From the NCBI GenBank assembly GCA_044892525.1, contig CM097885.1, positions 53,074,001-53,138,000 of the forward strand: a stretch of DNA of 64,000 nucleotides. The letters are read 5' to 3'. The position numbers were made by a program, and so were the translations under genes. Shown piece by piece: positions 21,134 to 34,029 of this stretch (position 1 is the first letter of the stretch; every line of letters begins with the position of its first letter). Below the pieces are notes generated by a model. The model had not been told where the DNA came from. It ran no database searches and saw nothing but the letters and a program-made list of their open reading frames with translations. Source of the stretch: Schmidtea polychroa. Lineage: Eukaryota.

Positions 21134-23342
21134 AACCACAATTTACAAAACTCAGAATATCGCAATAAAATGCCTATTCTGACAATTTGATAAGTCTCGT
21201 TGTAATCGCTCTGGTTTGCACGTTCTGCAACAATAACCATCTCTTTTATTTCCTCCTTTGATTTAACTTGATTCTTTTATTTCCATTTCCTCTAGTTCTA
21301 TCTTCAACCTTTAATTTTTCCTCTTTGTCCTACTGTCAATTTCTTTGTCCCTACCTGAGGCGAAATGCCGATTGTTTCTGAATTTGAGCTCCCTTATATA
21401 GTTGGAATAATCGCATTGATTAATAGCATTTCAACAATTTCGTCTCCTTTTGACAAGCTTTGTCTCTGGCCTTTTTCATCTTTTCCCCTTCGAAATAAAT
21501 AATTAATTGTCCCACCATGCGTCTCCCTTGCGATAATCTCTTTCCCGTTTTCCCAATACTCATGTTATCATGATAATGGTTTTCCAGAATCCACTTAGTT
21601 TACTTTTCTTTATATTTACTTCACTCGGGTTTTCTTAAATTAATTAATTAACGATTTTCAGTTTTTGTACCATTTTTACATTTCGACCCTTTTTGAACAT
21701 ATTCTGATGAATCCTTTCACGCCATGAATTTTCCCATCATTTCATTTGCATCTTACCCGTTTTCAAATTTTAATTCGATAATTTGTTGATCATTTGAATT
21801 TTCCAATATTCCATTTTTATTTACATAATTTTAAATATAACAACTCCAACAAATAATTTTATTTATAATTATGCATAACTACGTATTTTAATTGATTTTG
21901 ATAATTTATAAAAAGGCAGTGCCGAAAATTAGTGAGTATAAAAAACATCGATATATTACTGATTTATAGTATTCAAGCTCTCTTTTTAATAAATTCAATG
22001 GAACAAATATCAGTGGTGAAATTGGAAAAAAGTTCTTATAAAATTTATATTTTTATTTCGTCTTTTATATAATCCCAGCAGTTTTATTAAGTGACGATAT
22101 TCTATAATGTAATAAACATTTTCAATCTACTTTAGAAAATAGTGAGAATGTAAAATTACAACGTAAAATTACAAATATTGCACAACACTTCATGGTAATA
22201 AAAAGAATTGAATCTGCATTATCACTATTAAATTATTTGTAAGAATTTTTTATGATAAATTTTTTCATGTATGCATAAAGAGATCAAGGGCCCAATAATT
22301 TATATTTATATTAACAAATTAATTTTAATTATTTTATTATTGATTTTCACATTTTAAACATGTTAGAATTTTCGTAACTATTATAATATTTTAGGATAAT
22401 TATAAATAATATCCTAAACTCTGCTTTTTCGTTTTGATTGCGTATTATTCCAATAGTAAGAGTTCAGTTAATGAATAATGAGAAAAATTTTGAATAATTT
22501 TCTTATAATTTTGTGTTATCATGAAATATCAGTGGAAAGTTTGCAGCCACTGCTTTAATGTTTCCAATTAAATTTGCGTCTTACATCAAAAAAAAATAGA
22601 AATTGACAAGCACTGAAATGAAAGTCACTAATTAAAATTGACTTTTATACACCGAATTAACCATATAAATAAAAGAATTTTCATTAACTAATATAAGAAA
22701 AAGATGTCGCTCGAAGTCTTTCAAATTAATTTTATGTTGAAGGTAGATATGAATAAAAATAAATAATAGATAAACAATAAAGTCAAAAATTTCCGGTTGA
22801 GTAATTTTGTGAAGATTATCTATGGATAAGTTATTTTCTAGTCTACAGAGAAAATGGAACAAATGAACAAAAATGCACAAATTTGTGTACTCGGTATATA
22901 ATGTGTATAAAAGAGGGTTTAATGAATTATTGAAAGAATTCACGGAAGGTCAATATGAAGCAATAGTGTCAAAAAGGTCGATTGCGAAGGGATTTTTAGT
23001 AGATCATCAATAAATAAAATTTAATAAAAACGATCAAGTTTGTCAAAGAATAAGATTTGAAATTGCGTTTTTAGAAATAATTTAATTATAGAACCTATAG
23101 AACCTATCCATAATGTTAAATTTTTTTTAAATGCAAAAATGTTTTATTGAATTTATTGAAGATTTCATCGGTTTATATAGTAAATTTTAAGGCACTTAAT
23201 CCACTAATATGTCTATTAACTATTTCTAAATTTGTTTTAATTAACATTTTTTTCTAAAATTAGTGTACCTCCATGGCTTCCTTTCTTCAGATTTTCAATT
23301 TTACTGATTATTGCAACCTTGGCCAATATCTCACTAGTATAA

Positions 23343-24940
23343 CACTAAATTTACCGTATCAGTCAAAATAACTGGTTTTAACTTTTTGTTAAAAATTCTA
23401 TATTAAAAATAGGTATATCAAAAAAAAATAATGTCATGACTTTTTTAGATATATGTAACTAGTTAATGTTAAGAATAATTTTATTTTTCAATATTAATAC
23501 TAAGAAAAATAATTCTGTGTTATACCTATTTATACCGACACCAGTTTTGTTTGACTGGTGCCATTATTAAAATGGCCGGCGACAATAAGCATAAACAACT
23601 TTGATATTGATATCATATATTGATATATTTTAGGTAAGAGAAATAAAAATTACCTTTTTTATGAATTATTAGTTGTTTAGTTAGACTTTATTATACTCAC
23701 AAATAATTCTTTTTTAGCATCGATGCCACAAAATGGATAAACTGAAGAAAGTGTCATATTATTGGGGAAAATAAATGACATTCCTATGGAATATTCTGAT
23801 ATTGAAGACGATGCCTTGTATGATAGTGAAGGTGAACTACTGAATGGTGAAAATGGACCATATGGTAAATATAATATACCTTTGAGACCATAAATAGTAG
23901 TGCTTGTATCGATGAATTGATTACCGGTGAGTCTACTGATACAGTAAATGATAGTGATTATGAAAATATTTTGAATATTCGTAAAAGAAAAGAAACATAC
24001 TCTCAAGCTCTGAGGACAAAAATGATGAAGATAAACAAGACGATCATAAGGAAATTGCAACAGATGGTGCAATTTGGGAAAAATTGCAAGCTGGTTTTAG
24101 TAGTGAAAGAAAACCAATTCAATCTATTTTTAAAGATGTATCCGGTCCTTCATGATATGCAAAAAGAAATATTTTGAAAGATGTAGTTAGCACCGCATTT
24201 TCACTGATAATAGATGATTCAATTGTAGAATATATAAGAACTTGTAGAGAAGAAGGAGCCTCTCGAGTCTTAGGAGATATATGGATACTTACAAAATCAA
24301 AACTGATCGCTTTCAGTTTGATTTTATATGCTCGTGGGGCATATGAAGCCAGAAACTTGAAGGTTTGTTATTTATGGAATAAGCAGTGAGGGCCAAATTT
24401 TTTTAGTACAGTGAGGAATAGAAATGATTTCACAGAAATTTTGCGATTTCTTCGTTTTGATAAGAAAAGTATAAGAAGTCAAAAATTACAAACAGATAAA
24501 TTTGCGTTGATATCAATAGTATGGAACAAATTCATACATTACAACCAAAACTGGTATAAACCAGGAGAAAATGTTACCGTTGATGAACAACTATTCCCTA
24601 CTCTGGCTAGATGTCGATGCACATAATATATGCCCAACAAACCAAATAAATTTGGCTTAAAATTTCGGCTGGCTTCAGATGTCAAAAAGTAAATATATGA
24701 TAAATGGGTTTCCATATCTCGGAAAAGACGAAGTACGAGAATCATCAGTTTTTCTAGGTGAATATGTTGTACTCAAACTTATTAAAATTATCAAATAACG
24801 ATGTTTTACGACAGATAATTTTTACAAGTTTACCAATAGCATCTAAACTGTTAGCTAAAAAACTTCAATGGTTGGAACTATACGCACCAACAGAAAGAAA
24901 TTACCAAAATTTATCAAACAAAAAAAAATAACATGCCTCC
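23343..24940 (+). mobile_element. Decayed piggyBac-family element (PGBD-type transposase pseudogene)
   Basis: Fragments ILRFLRFD, DKFALIS, PGENVTVDEQLFP, YMPNKPNKFGLK, TDNF and VGTIRTNR; many stops; boundaries approximate. Confidence 0.85.
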
Positions 24941-25129
24941 TTTATACTTCTTTATACGAGTCTAAGACATCTCCCCCGGCCCCAACATATTCCCCTGGAC
25001 ATCTCATTCCAGACTCTCCCCATCAAATAGGACTTTTCCCCCAGTTATTTCACCCCTCCCCATTAAGTGTCGCGGGATTTTGAGTTTATTTAGTGTGTCA
25101 TGCGTGATTTTCAGTTGGACAACACTACT

Positions 25130-25926
25130 ATAAATAAACACAATATACACTTTAAATCATGAAAGTGTGTCTGTCTGTTTGCTTGTATGTTCGATATACA
25201 AATTCAAATTTCTGAAGATATCTCAACCAAATTTTGCACAGTTTCCTCTTTTACCCAGGCCGCGAATATAGGCTACTTTCTACCCAAAAATTTGATCCAG
25301 TGACATTCCTTATTAACTGATCCTGTTTTCTGGTTACTAAGCAAAGTACGAGTAAACAGCATAATTCAGAAAATTATCAAGAACAAAGTGTTCCTCGCGA
25401 TAGGTTTGAATAACAAACTGTTCATCCAATTTTTACAACCCTCTACCCGTTAGATTACATCCCGATAAAACGGGGTCTAAGGATCAAGACAGGATTGTTT
25501 AACGTGGTGGGTTTCCATAGCAAAATTTTAATTTCAGTGATTGCTTGTGGCGGGGGAGCATTAAGGGAGCGAAGTAACCTAGCTATCAACCAGTTAAGAC
25601 TGAGGTTCAAATGCTTATGTTAGTTTTAGTACCAGAAATTTGTACAACTTTGTACCTTAATGACTGCCCAGAGTAAAGCTGGGTAAGATTTTCAGTTATT
25701 TCTCTTTAGTACAGGCCCAGATTACTAACTACATAATTAGTCCCAACATTCACCAAGACCAACAACATGCCTTGGGTGTAAATGTCTGAAATACAACTTG
25801 GGCTTTAATCATTTTTGCCTTATCTGCCAATATCTGTGCCTGTTTTTGTGTGCGTGTTATTACTTTGTAAACAATTTTACAACATAGCTTATATTACCCC
25901 AGGTAACGCCGGATACCCCCAGCTAG
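25130..25926 (+). mobile_element. Non-autonomous Helitron-like element
   Basis: GTCTGTCTGTTTG near the 5' end; 3' GC-rich CCCAGGTAACGCCGGATAC followed by CTAG|T at 25923-25927. The 5' end is approximate. Confidence 0.6.
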
Positions 25927-26163
25927 TTTTACAATATTTTATTAGATATTTTAATTTTAATATTAAGAAATTACAAATTTGTAGTGAATTACATATAAAA
26001 GCGGGCCCCTGTGACTCTTAGGTATTTCGAAATGCAATTAATTAAATTGTAGACTATTATTATTATTAGAAATTTTTTTTTACTAGTAAGTCAAGTTGAA
26101 GTGATTTAATCCGTGTAAGTTTTTACGGGTTCCAAATGGCAAATAAATACAAACCAATTTTAT

Positions 26164-29100
26164 TTATTTATTCGATAAAATTATACTTATTTGTTTCATA
26201 TGAAATTTCGTGTAGGCCTCAATGAAATTCATTTGTAAAATAATGTTTTGGGAGACGACTATATCTATTGCTTTAATAACAACGAAATTGATCCAATACA
26301 CGACAGAATAACCAAACTGGCTTCCTAGGAAAGTCAAGATCGACTCGGCACAGCCCTGATTGTGCACAGATCTCATTCCATATCTGCACGAGAAATTCGT
26401 CACGGTAGAATTTCGACAACAACTATATGGTAATGTGCAACTTAAGGGTGAAAAATTTTGATCATCGCAAATGAACTCGTTGATCAACTGCCAGTCATCC
26501 GCTGCAGCTTGAGTGATGCCACAACATTGGAATCGGATCTTAAAAAAATAAACAAATAATTGAGTAATAAAAATATTTTTTCAGCATTCAAAATTCATTA
26601 AAAATTTTATTCCTTGTTTTTGTTTGATATTCGTGTATAATTGTAATTTTCACTATTATTTTTTGGTATCCATATTAATTTATACGTATTTTATTGAATA
26701 TTTGTTTTTATAATGAGTTTTTAAATTAAATAATATACAATTTAAAAATTATTAATTTAAGAAATGGAAATTATGTACTAATTTAAAAATATAAAAAAAT
26801 AATTAATGTTAATATTCTATTATTTCACTATTTAAATATTTTTTTCTTCATTTTTATTACTAGAATCCATAGCTTAATGTCAGGGCTTCTTAAAGTGGGG
26901 GGGGGGGGGGCGAGAATTTAATTTGCCCGTATTAAATATATATTTATTAAATACATTTCATGAAAGTATGGATAAAAATAAATGATTCGAAAATAATATT
27001 TATTTAATACTTTTATAATTGATTGTTCTATTTACAATTTAAATCATTAAAATTTAATGGTTTCATTTAATATTCATTTAATCATTAAATAATTTACCGC
27101 CTTTTCCCGAAAATAAGACACTGTCTTACTATTTTTTTTGGTCCAAAATACGCGCTAGGGCTTATTTTCGGAAAAAGACGGTATAAGTTAAAACAAGTGG
27201 TTTAGTTTTGTATCCATTAACACATTTTTAGGGTTGCGAGATTAAAATAATTTTTGGAGAGCGTTAATAAAAAAGTTTAAGAACCTCTTGCTTAGGTCAA
27301 TAAATTCAATAAATACAAATTATACAAATATTTATGGTGCAGATTTCATCTTGTCACACCAATCTAAGTTTATGTAATAATATAGAAATAAAAAACTTGC
27401 CTTTATGGGAGTTTAATGTTGAAGGAAAGGTTGTTTTTATTGAAAAAGAATTCAGAGGCTAGTTTCTGTAAGGGATTTTTCTATTCTTTGTATTTCGTTG
27501 AATTTGCTAGTTTAAAATGTGATGTATTTATAGTACTGTGTTTCCACTCTGTAAGTTGCTTCACATCTTATCAATTTTTTTTCAAAAAACAAAAGTACCT
27601 GGTAAAATAACAACATAATAGTCATTGTAAAAGCATTTGATGCTATGGATTTCCTAAGTTATAACTTTAAAGGTCCCAAGATAATAAAAGTTAGATTAAA
27701 GGTTGACAGGTTTATGTCACAGAGAATTATAATTTTATTTTCATTTTTTGAAACAACATTTCTAGTATGTTTTATAATATTTATTCATCAAATAAATCAA
27801 ATCCTATATATGATTACATAGGGCATGAAAGCGTAGGCGCCTAATTGCAAATGTTGCTTAATGGACAATTAAGAAAATATTCATTTAGAAATTTGCTTTA
27901 ATCTTCAATTAAATCTTGTTTACTATTAACGACAAAACTCGTTGCTCTTTATGACTCACAGAAAAGCAAGCTATCTTACTTATGTAAATATGTATAATAT
28001 ATATAAAACTATTTTAATCTCTTGTTAATTTTAATATTCATTTTAAACATTCTGATAATGCTCTTCTTCATAAAATAAGACTTAAAATTGATAAGGAAAA
28101 AAGAGCAAATAATTTCACAATTATATATATATATATATATAATTATATGTGTGTGTGTGTGTTCATATAGTATTTATTAAAATTCTGACTAGGAATCGGT
28201 AAAGTTATCGATGTGTTATTTTGGTTGATATTCACTTGAACAAGGCTGTGCCGAATATTCGTGAATATCAACCAAAGAAACATCGATTTCTTTATGGATT
28301 AGTAGTCAAATGTTTTATAAATACAATTGAAATGAAATCAGAAGGGAAAATTGACAAAATTTCTTATACAGGGTTTCTCAAAAATTTTAATCCGTTTGTC
28401 AAATGTCTTAATCCATTTTTCAAAAGTCGTCATCATTTTTTCAAAAGTCTTAATCCATTTTTTCAACATTCTCACTAGCTTCAACGGAAACAATAAAAAA
28501 ATATAAAATGTATTTTAATACTTCGATCAACTTTAAATCATTCACGCATACTATTTTACCATATAAATCGATTGCAATTTACAAAGTATAAAAATTACAA
28601 AAAATGCACCATATGCAATCAAACCCCAAAATACATCGTGTACAACTGACAAACCAAATCAGGGAGTTAATATTCTCAAAGTTCGAGGCAGGAAAAGGAC
28701 CGAGTGAGATTTCCAGAGAACTTGCAATCAACGCAAAGACTGTCACGAGCGTAATCCGGGTGTATAAATCCACCGGAAGAATCCATGCAATAAAGACGAA
28801 AAGTGGAAGACCAAAATCATTAAATGAAGCTGCTGTACAGTCTTTACAGTCACAGATACAAGAAAACGTATCAGTGACTTTAAATGCTATGAAGAGAAGA
28901 TTACATTCCGATCTAAACGTTGTAGCATCTCATTCGACAATAGCTAGATCAATTAAAGCGTTTGAATACACACTCAAAAGGGTTCAATTGATACCCGAAC
29001 GAAGAAACTCGGCTGATAATATCGAAAGGCGTTTCGAATATGCATCCGATTTCGTGCTCTTGAACGACGAGAAAACTTTTTTTGTTGATGAAATGGGACT

Positions 29101-31430
29101 TAGCTGCTCTGAGGTTGAATTATGGTCGCAGCCTAAGAGGAACAACACCCAGGAAACCAGTGCGATCCATAAGATCGAAAAATTTTTCGACCGCTGCTGC
29201 AATATCTAAAAATACTGTCATGCATTTCAGCACTCGCGATACTGCATTCAATAGTAATCATTTTGGTGTTTTTTTGCAAGAGCTCAACTTTAGGCATTGA
29301 AAATGCAACAATAATAATGGATAATGCCACGATTCACAAGACCGACGAAATTCGAACTATATTTGCAAATTCTGGCCATGATTTACTATTTCTTCCTCCA
29401 TACTCCCCTCAATTAAATCCAATTGAAGAGGTGTTTTCAAAATGGAAACATATTGTTAAATCGATGGAATGCAATCAAGCAGATGAGTTATTGCGGGCTA
29501 TAGCCAGTGCCCACTTGGATATTACGCCCGAAGATTGTTTGCAGTATGTTCAACATATGAAAAGTTTCATAAGGAAAGCAGCCAGAAGAGAACCTTTTTA
29601 AATTATAATTTTTGAATTCCCGGGTTTTTATGTTTATTTAATTATATAATCGCTCAAATATTATTTACTTCATTTAATATTTTTTTTAAATAAAACTTTT
29701 TTTGAAAAAATGATGACGACTTTTGAAAAATGGATTAAGACATTTGACAAACGGATTAAAATTTTTGAGAAACCCTGTAATATATCTTTAGATTAGTAAA
29801 TAATATTTGAAACTTCATGAAGAAAATCACAAAAATAAAATTCATTCTTATTTCAAATATTAAATAGAATGATGCCGATTTTGAGATTCTGATTGTACTA
29901 ACTACTCATCTTTATTTATAATTTGAAGTTGTATTACGATGACTTTTTTCCCCACATCTTATCGCTAACTACAACGTGTGTACCGCATTTGAGTATGTTG
30001 GGTTTGAAATATGGTGGAGGTTTATTCATAATATCATCCAAATGGTGAGTAATGGTTTGGTAATCCATAATTTACCTTTACGTGCTGTATCCAGAGCAAT
30101 CCAAGATAAATTTGATGTATACCGCTGAGTACACAACGTTGGTACTGTATCGCATGGAGGAATACTAGTGAAAAGTAAGCGCATTCCAGTGCATTATCGA
30201 TAGAAAGACTATGTCTGTCTTTTTCTCTAGAGCTCCAACTATTTAATATATAATTCTAATACAAGGATTTACGAGTCTGTGATTTCTGTTTACGTACAAT
30301 TTATTCGATTACTACAAAATACCATTACAAAAACGAGGCCATTTCCAAACCCTAATGTTATTCCAAGACAGCTTGGGTAACCGCTTAGATGAGCTCTCCA
30401 TAATCAGGCAACCTAATCTGCATAGCGGCTCTGCTCTTCGCCCCAGCATTTGTAGAACAAGTGTGAAAGCTCTCCGTCCATACTTGACCAGTGCGTATTT
30501 CTTCCTCCACTCGCTCGAAACACGAAATCACCGTGTAAACGTATTTCATTGCCGTTGATAAACCCTATCTCGCTTCATCATATCGACAGGCAAAATTTGA
30601 AAAATTGAACCATCTTAGAATTAATATTTATGAATTAGATGGGGAGAAAATCATACCAATTTATATTTCGAAAGAAACAATTTCTGATACAATAAGCTTA
30701 ATAATATTAGAAAAGGATTCAATTTCTCATTATGTTTGGATAAAAAGTTTTCTAATTTTTATGAGATCTCAATCATCAAGTTCTAATAGGGTTAGAGGAC
30801 ACACTTGTGAAAGATGTCTTTATTATTCAACTTCTGAAAATGTAAAAATAAAACATGAAAGATTATGTCAACAAAATGAACCAGCACTAATTAAAATACC
30901 AACTCTCTGTGAGATGAAATTTAAAAATTATTCAAATTTATTAGAATCTCTTGTTACAATTTATGGAGATTTTGAAGCTATTAATATAAAACAAGATTTA
31001 GAACAAGAATACATGAATATTATAGAAAAAAATGATTAAGTAGAATCTTGGTATCAGTATAATCTAGCAAATGATTTAGCAGAATCATGGTTCAGATATA
31101 ATGGATTTGAAAATGAATTGGATAAAATGAAAGATTTTCTCAAGATGAATAAAAAATCTTTTACAATAACAATGGCTCAACAACTTCCATCAGCATATCA
31201 TCTATTTATTAAAAGTAATTATCCCGAAATAATTAAATCATTTGAAATAGCATATCGAGGAACTTCAGCACAAGATACCCTAAATCAGGGGTCTCAAACA
31301 CGCGGCCCGCAACGAAAAAACATAGATTTGTAATTTAACCAAATTTATTTAACAATTAAAATCATAATTGGCTGTATAAATTAAAACTTATCTTTTTAAT
31401 TATTTTTATTTATACATATGACGTTATACA

Positions 31431-31516
<86 letters not shown>

Positions 31517-33971
31517 TTAATAATAAAAAAATGTTTTTTAGTTTTGTTGAGTTTTTAATTAAATAAATATTAACGTCGGAGTTTCAGACTCCACATGTTC
31601 TGAAAAACAATTATTTATGTTGCGGCCCGCCGGCTCATAATACTAGTCTAATGCGGCCCGCAGGCCAGTTTGAGTTTGAAACCCCTGCCCTAAATCATTT
31701 TGTTGAAAATATAAATTCATTAGAACATTTATTATTCAAAAAATTACAAACGAATTATGCAATCAAACCCAACAATCCAATAAGTGAAGCAATATTTATT
31801 CGATCAAAACAACATTCTCTTTTATTAGAGCAAGGTCAAGAAAATAGAAATAAAGGAATTCAAAAATGTGTAGCTAAAACAATTACACACCAAAATTTTA
31901 TAGATTGTTTAAAACAAGAATCTGAGAAACAAGCAGAAATAGTTCACCAAATTAAATCTGATAAACATGACATCTTTCTACAGGAATATTTAAAAACCTC
32001 GCTGGATAATTATGATGATAAAAGGTATGTTTTATCTGATGGAATTCATACAATTCCATTTGGAAGTGATATAATTCGATTTATAAAAAGATTAAATATT
32101 ATTAACCACTTGACGGGCGCGCGTTCAAATATGAGTGCAAAAAATGTGTACCATTTCGGGCGAGCGCTCACATGTGAGCGCAAACTCATATAGAAAAAAT
32201 ATTGTCCTTTGAATAAGAAATCTGATCCCGGGCGTGGACTAACATATGAGCGATATTTTGAACAACATTATTTTACGATATTTATGTTCTAAACTGCCAT
32301 TTCTTAGGTCATTTTCTTTTATAAACACATGTGAATTTTCGGCTATACACACATGAATTCCAGGTTCGTATTTTTTTCATATTTTCTAAAATATCAGTTG
32401 TCCAATAACCACGCGCGCGACTGCATCGTTTTTAAATTGTTTCACTTCGTTCTTCGGACATTTCGTGTTTTTCAAACTGTTTTTTTGTTTGTATGTGTGT
32501 GTGCACTTTGAACTATTTCATTTTTAACTGTTAAAAATATTTTTATTGATTTATAAAATGTGTTCATCAAGCGGGTTCATTATTTATAGCCTCACAGTTG
32601 ACTAATTTTATGATGGGACTCTTATTTAATATCCTAAGAGATGATATCTACACAGTGGCTCTTATTTTTTTATATAATAACAATAATTAATAATTAGTGA
32701 ATACAAACTCGGAAAATTAAAAAAATATATTTACGTTATATTTTGATTATATACTATTAATTAATGATTTAAAAAAAATAGTTTTTTTTGACCGAAAACA
32801 TGAAAAAAAATCGCCTTGCAAGTGGTTAAAAGGAAATATGGAGTTGATTTAACAGATGTTGAAATGAGTAAAATTAAAATTAGATATACAAAATATAAAA
32901 GTTTTAATTATTCTTTAACCATTTCTCTCGTGCATTTTTTTTGAATATCCTCGGGATATTTGATTTGCATTTTTTATCTTTATAATTTCATCTTTTATAT
33001 CTTGAATTATTTTATTAGATTTTAAAATTTCATCATTCGTCAAGACTCCATCTTCCATGGCTTTTAAATGAAATAAAAATAATTTTACCATTCCTACATC
33101 TATTGATGAACATAGTTCACGATATAAACTCTTCTTTTTTGCAGTGTATGATAGAGACACAACTTCAGTCAAGAATAAATCTCCTGCTGAAATACTCCCA
33201 AGAATTATTGGTACAAGTGTTAAAACTGGTAAAGTTGCAGGTAATATAATTGTTAGTATTGTTGTTGCAAAACCCAAAGAACAACCAGCAATCTTTAAAC
33301 AAGTATCAGCTCTATTCCATCTACTTTTAATTTTTTTATAATGTTTTAATAAATCTTCTAAATGAAGTTTTTCAGATTTAAATTCTTTTACTCTTAGAAC
33401 TTTTAATTCAGAAGGTGCTGTAGGTGATTGTATATGATATCTCAATTCTGGGTAAATTTTATCTTCTTTAACCTCCATTTTATATATTTTAATTTCCATT
33501 TCAAAGAATCAAGATTTATTAAAATCAAGTTTCTTTTTATTAGCAAAACAGAAAGTTTTATTAAATCAAGACTTTACTGTGTGATATCAACACTCGTATA
33601 TCACATGGTCTTGATGTGAGCACATCTTTATACAACTCGGACAACGCTTTACGAACCTCGATAGCATCAATCTTTTAATCATAAAATATTAAATCTATAT
33701 AATGTACTAGTGAACTAGCAAAATTAATATTCTTACTTTTGACTTTATATTTTTTATGCGATTCAGTATTATCATGCCAATACCCATGTGACAAATCATA
33801 ACTAGTCATTATAACATCATCCTTTTTAAGCTTACTATTATAATCACATTTCACGAACCATTTCATTGTTTGAACATCATCAGTAAATAAAAAGAAATAT
33901 GGATCAATAATCTTTACAATCATAAAACAAGACCATTCTTTACTATTTGTTGTTATTGGAATTGACTCTGT

Positions 33972-34029
<58 letters not shown>

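Noticed and set aside
26881..27290. Possible hAT MITE (CAGGGCTTCTTAAA..TTAAGAACCTCTTG)
   Set aside because: TIR and TSD too degenerate to fix boundaries.
29940..30580. GC-richer segment upstream of pPolB
   Set aside because: Looks like decayed coding DNA but no motif could be assigned.
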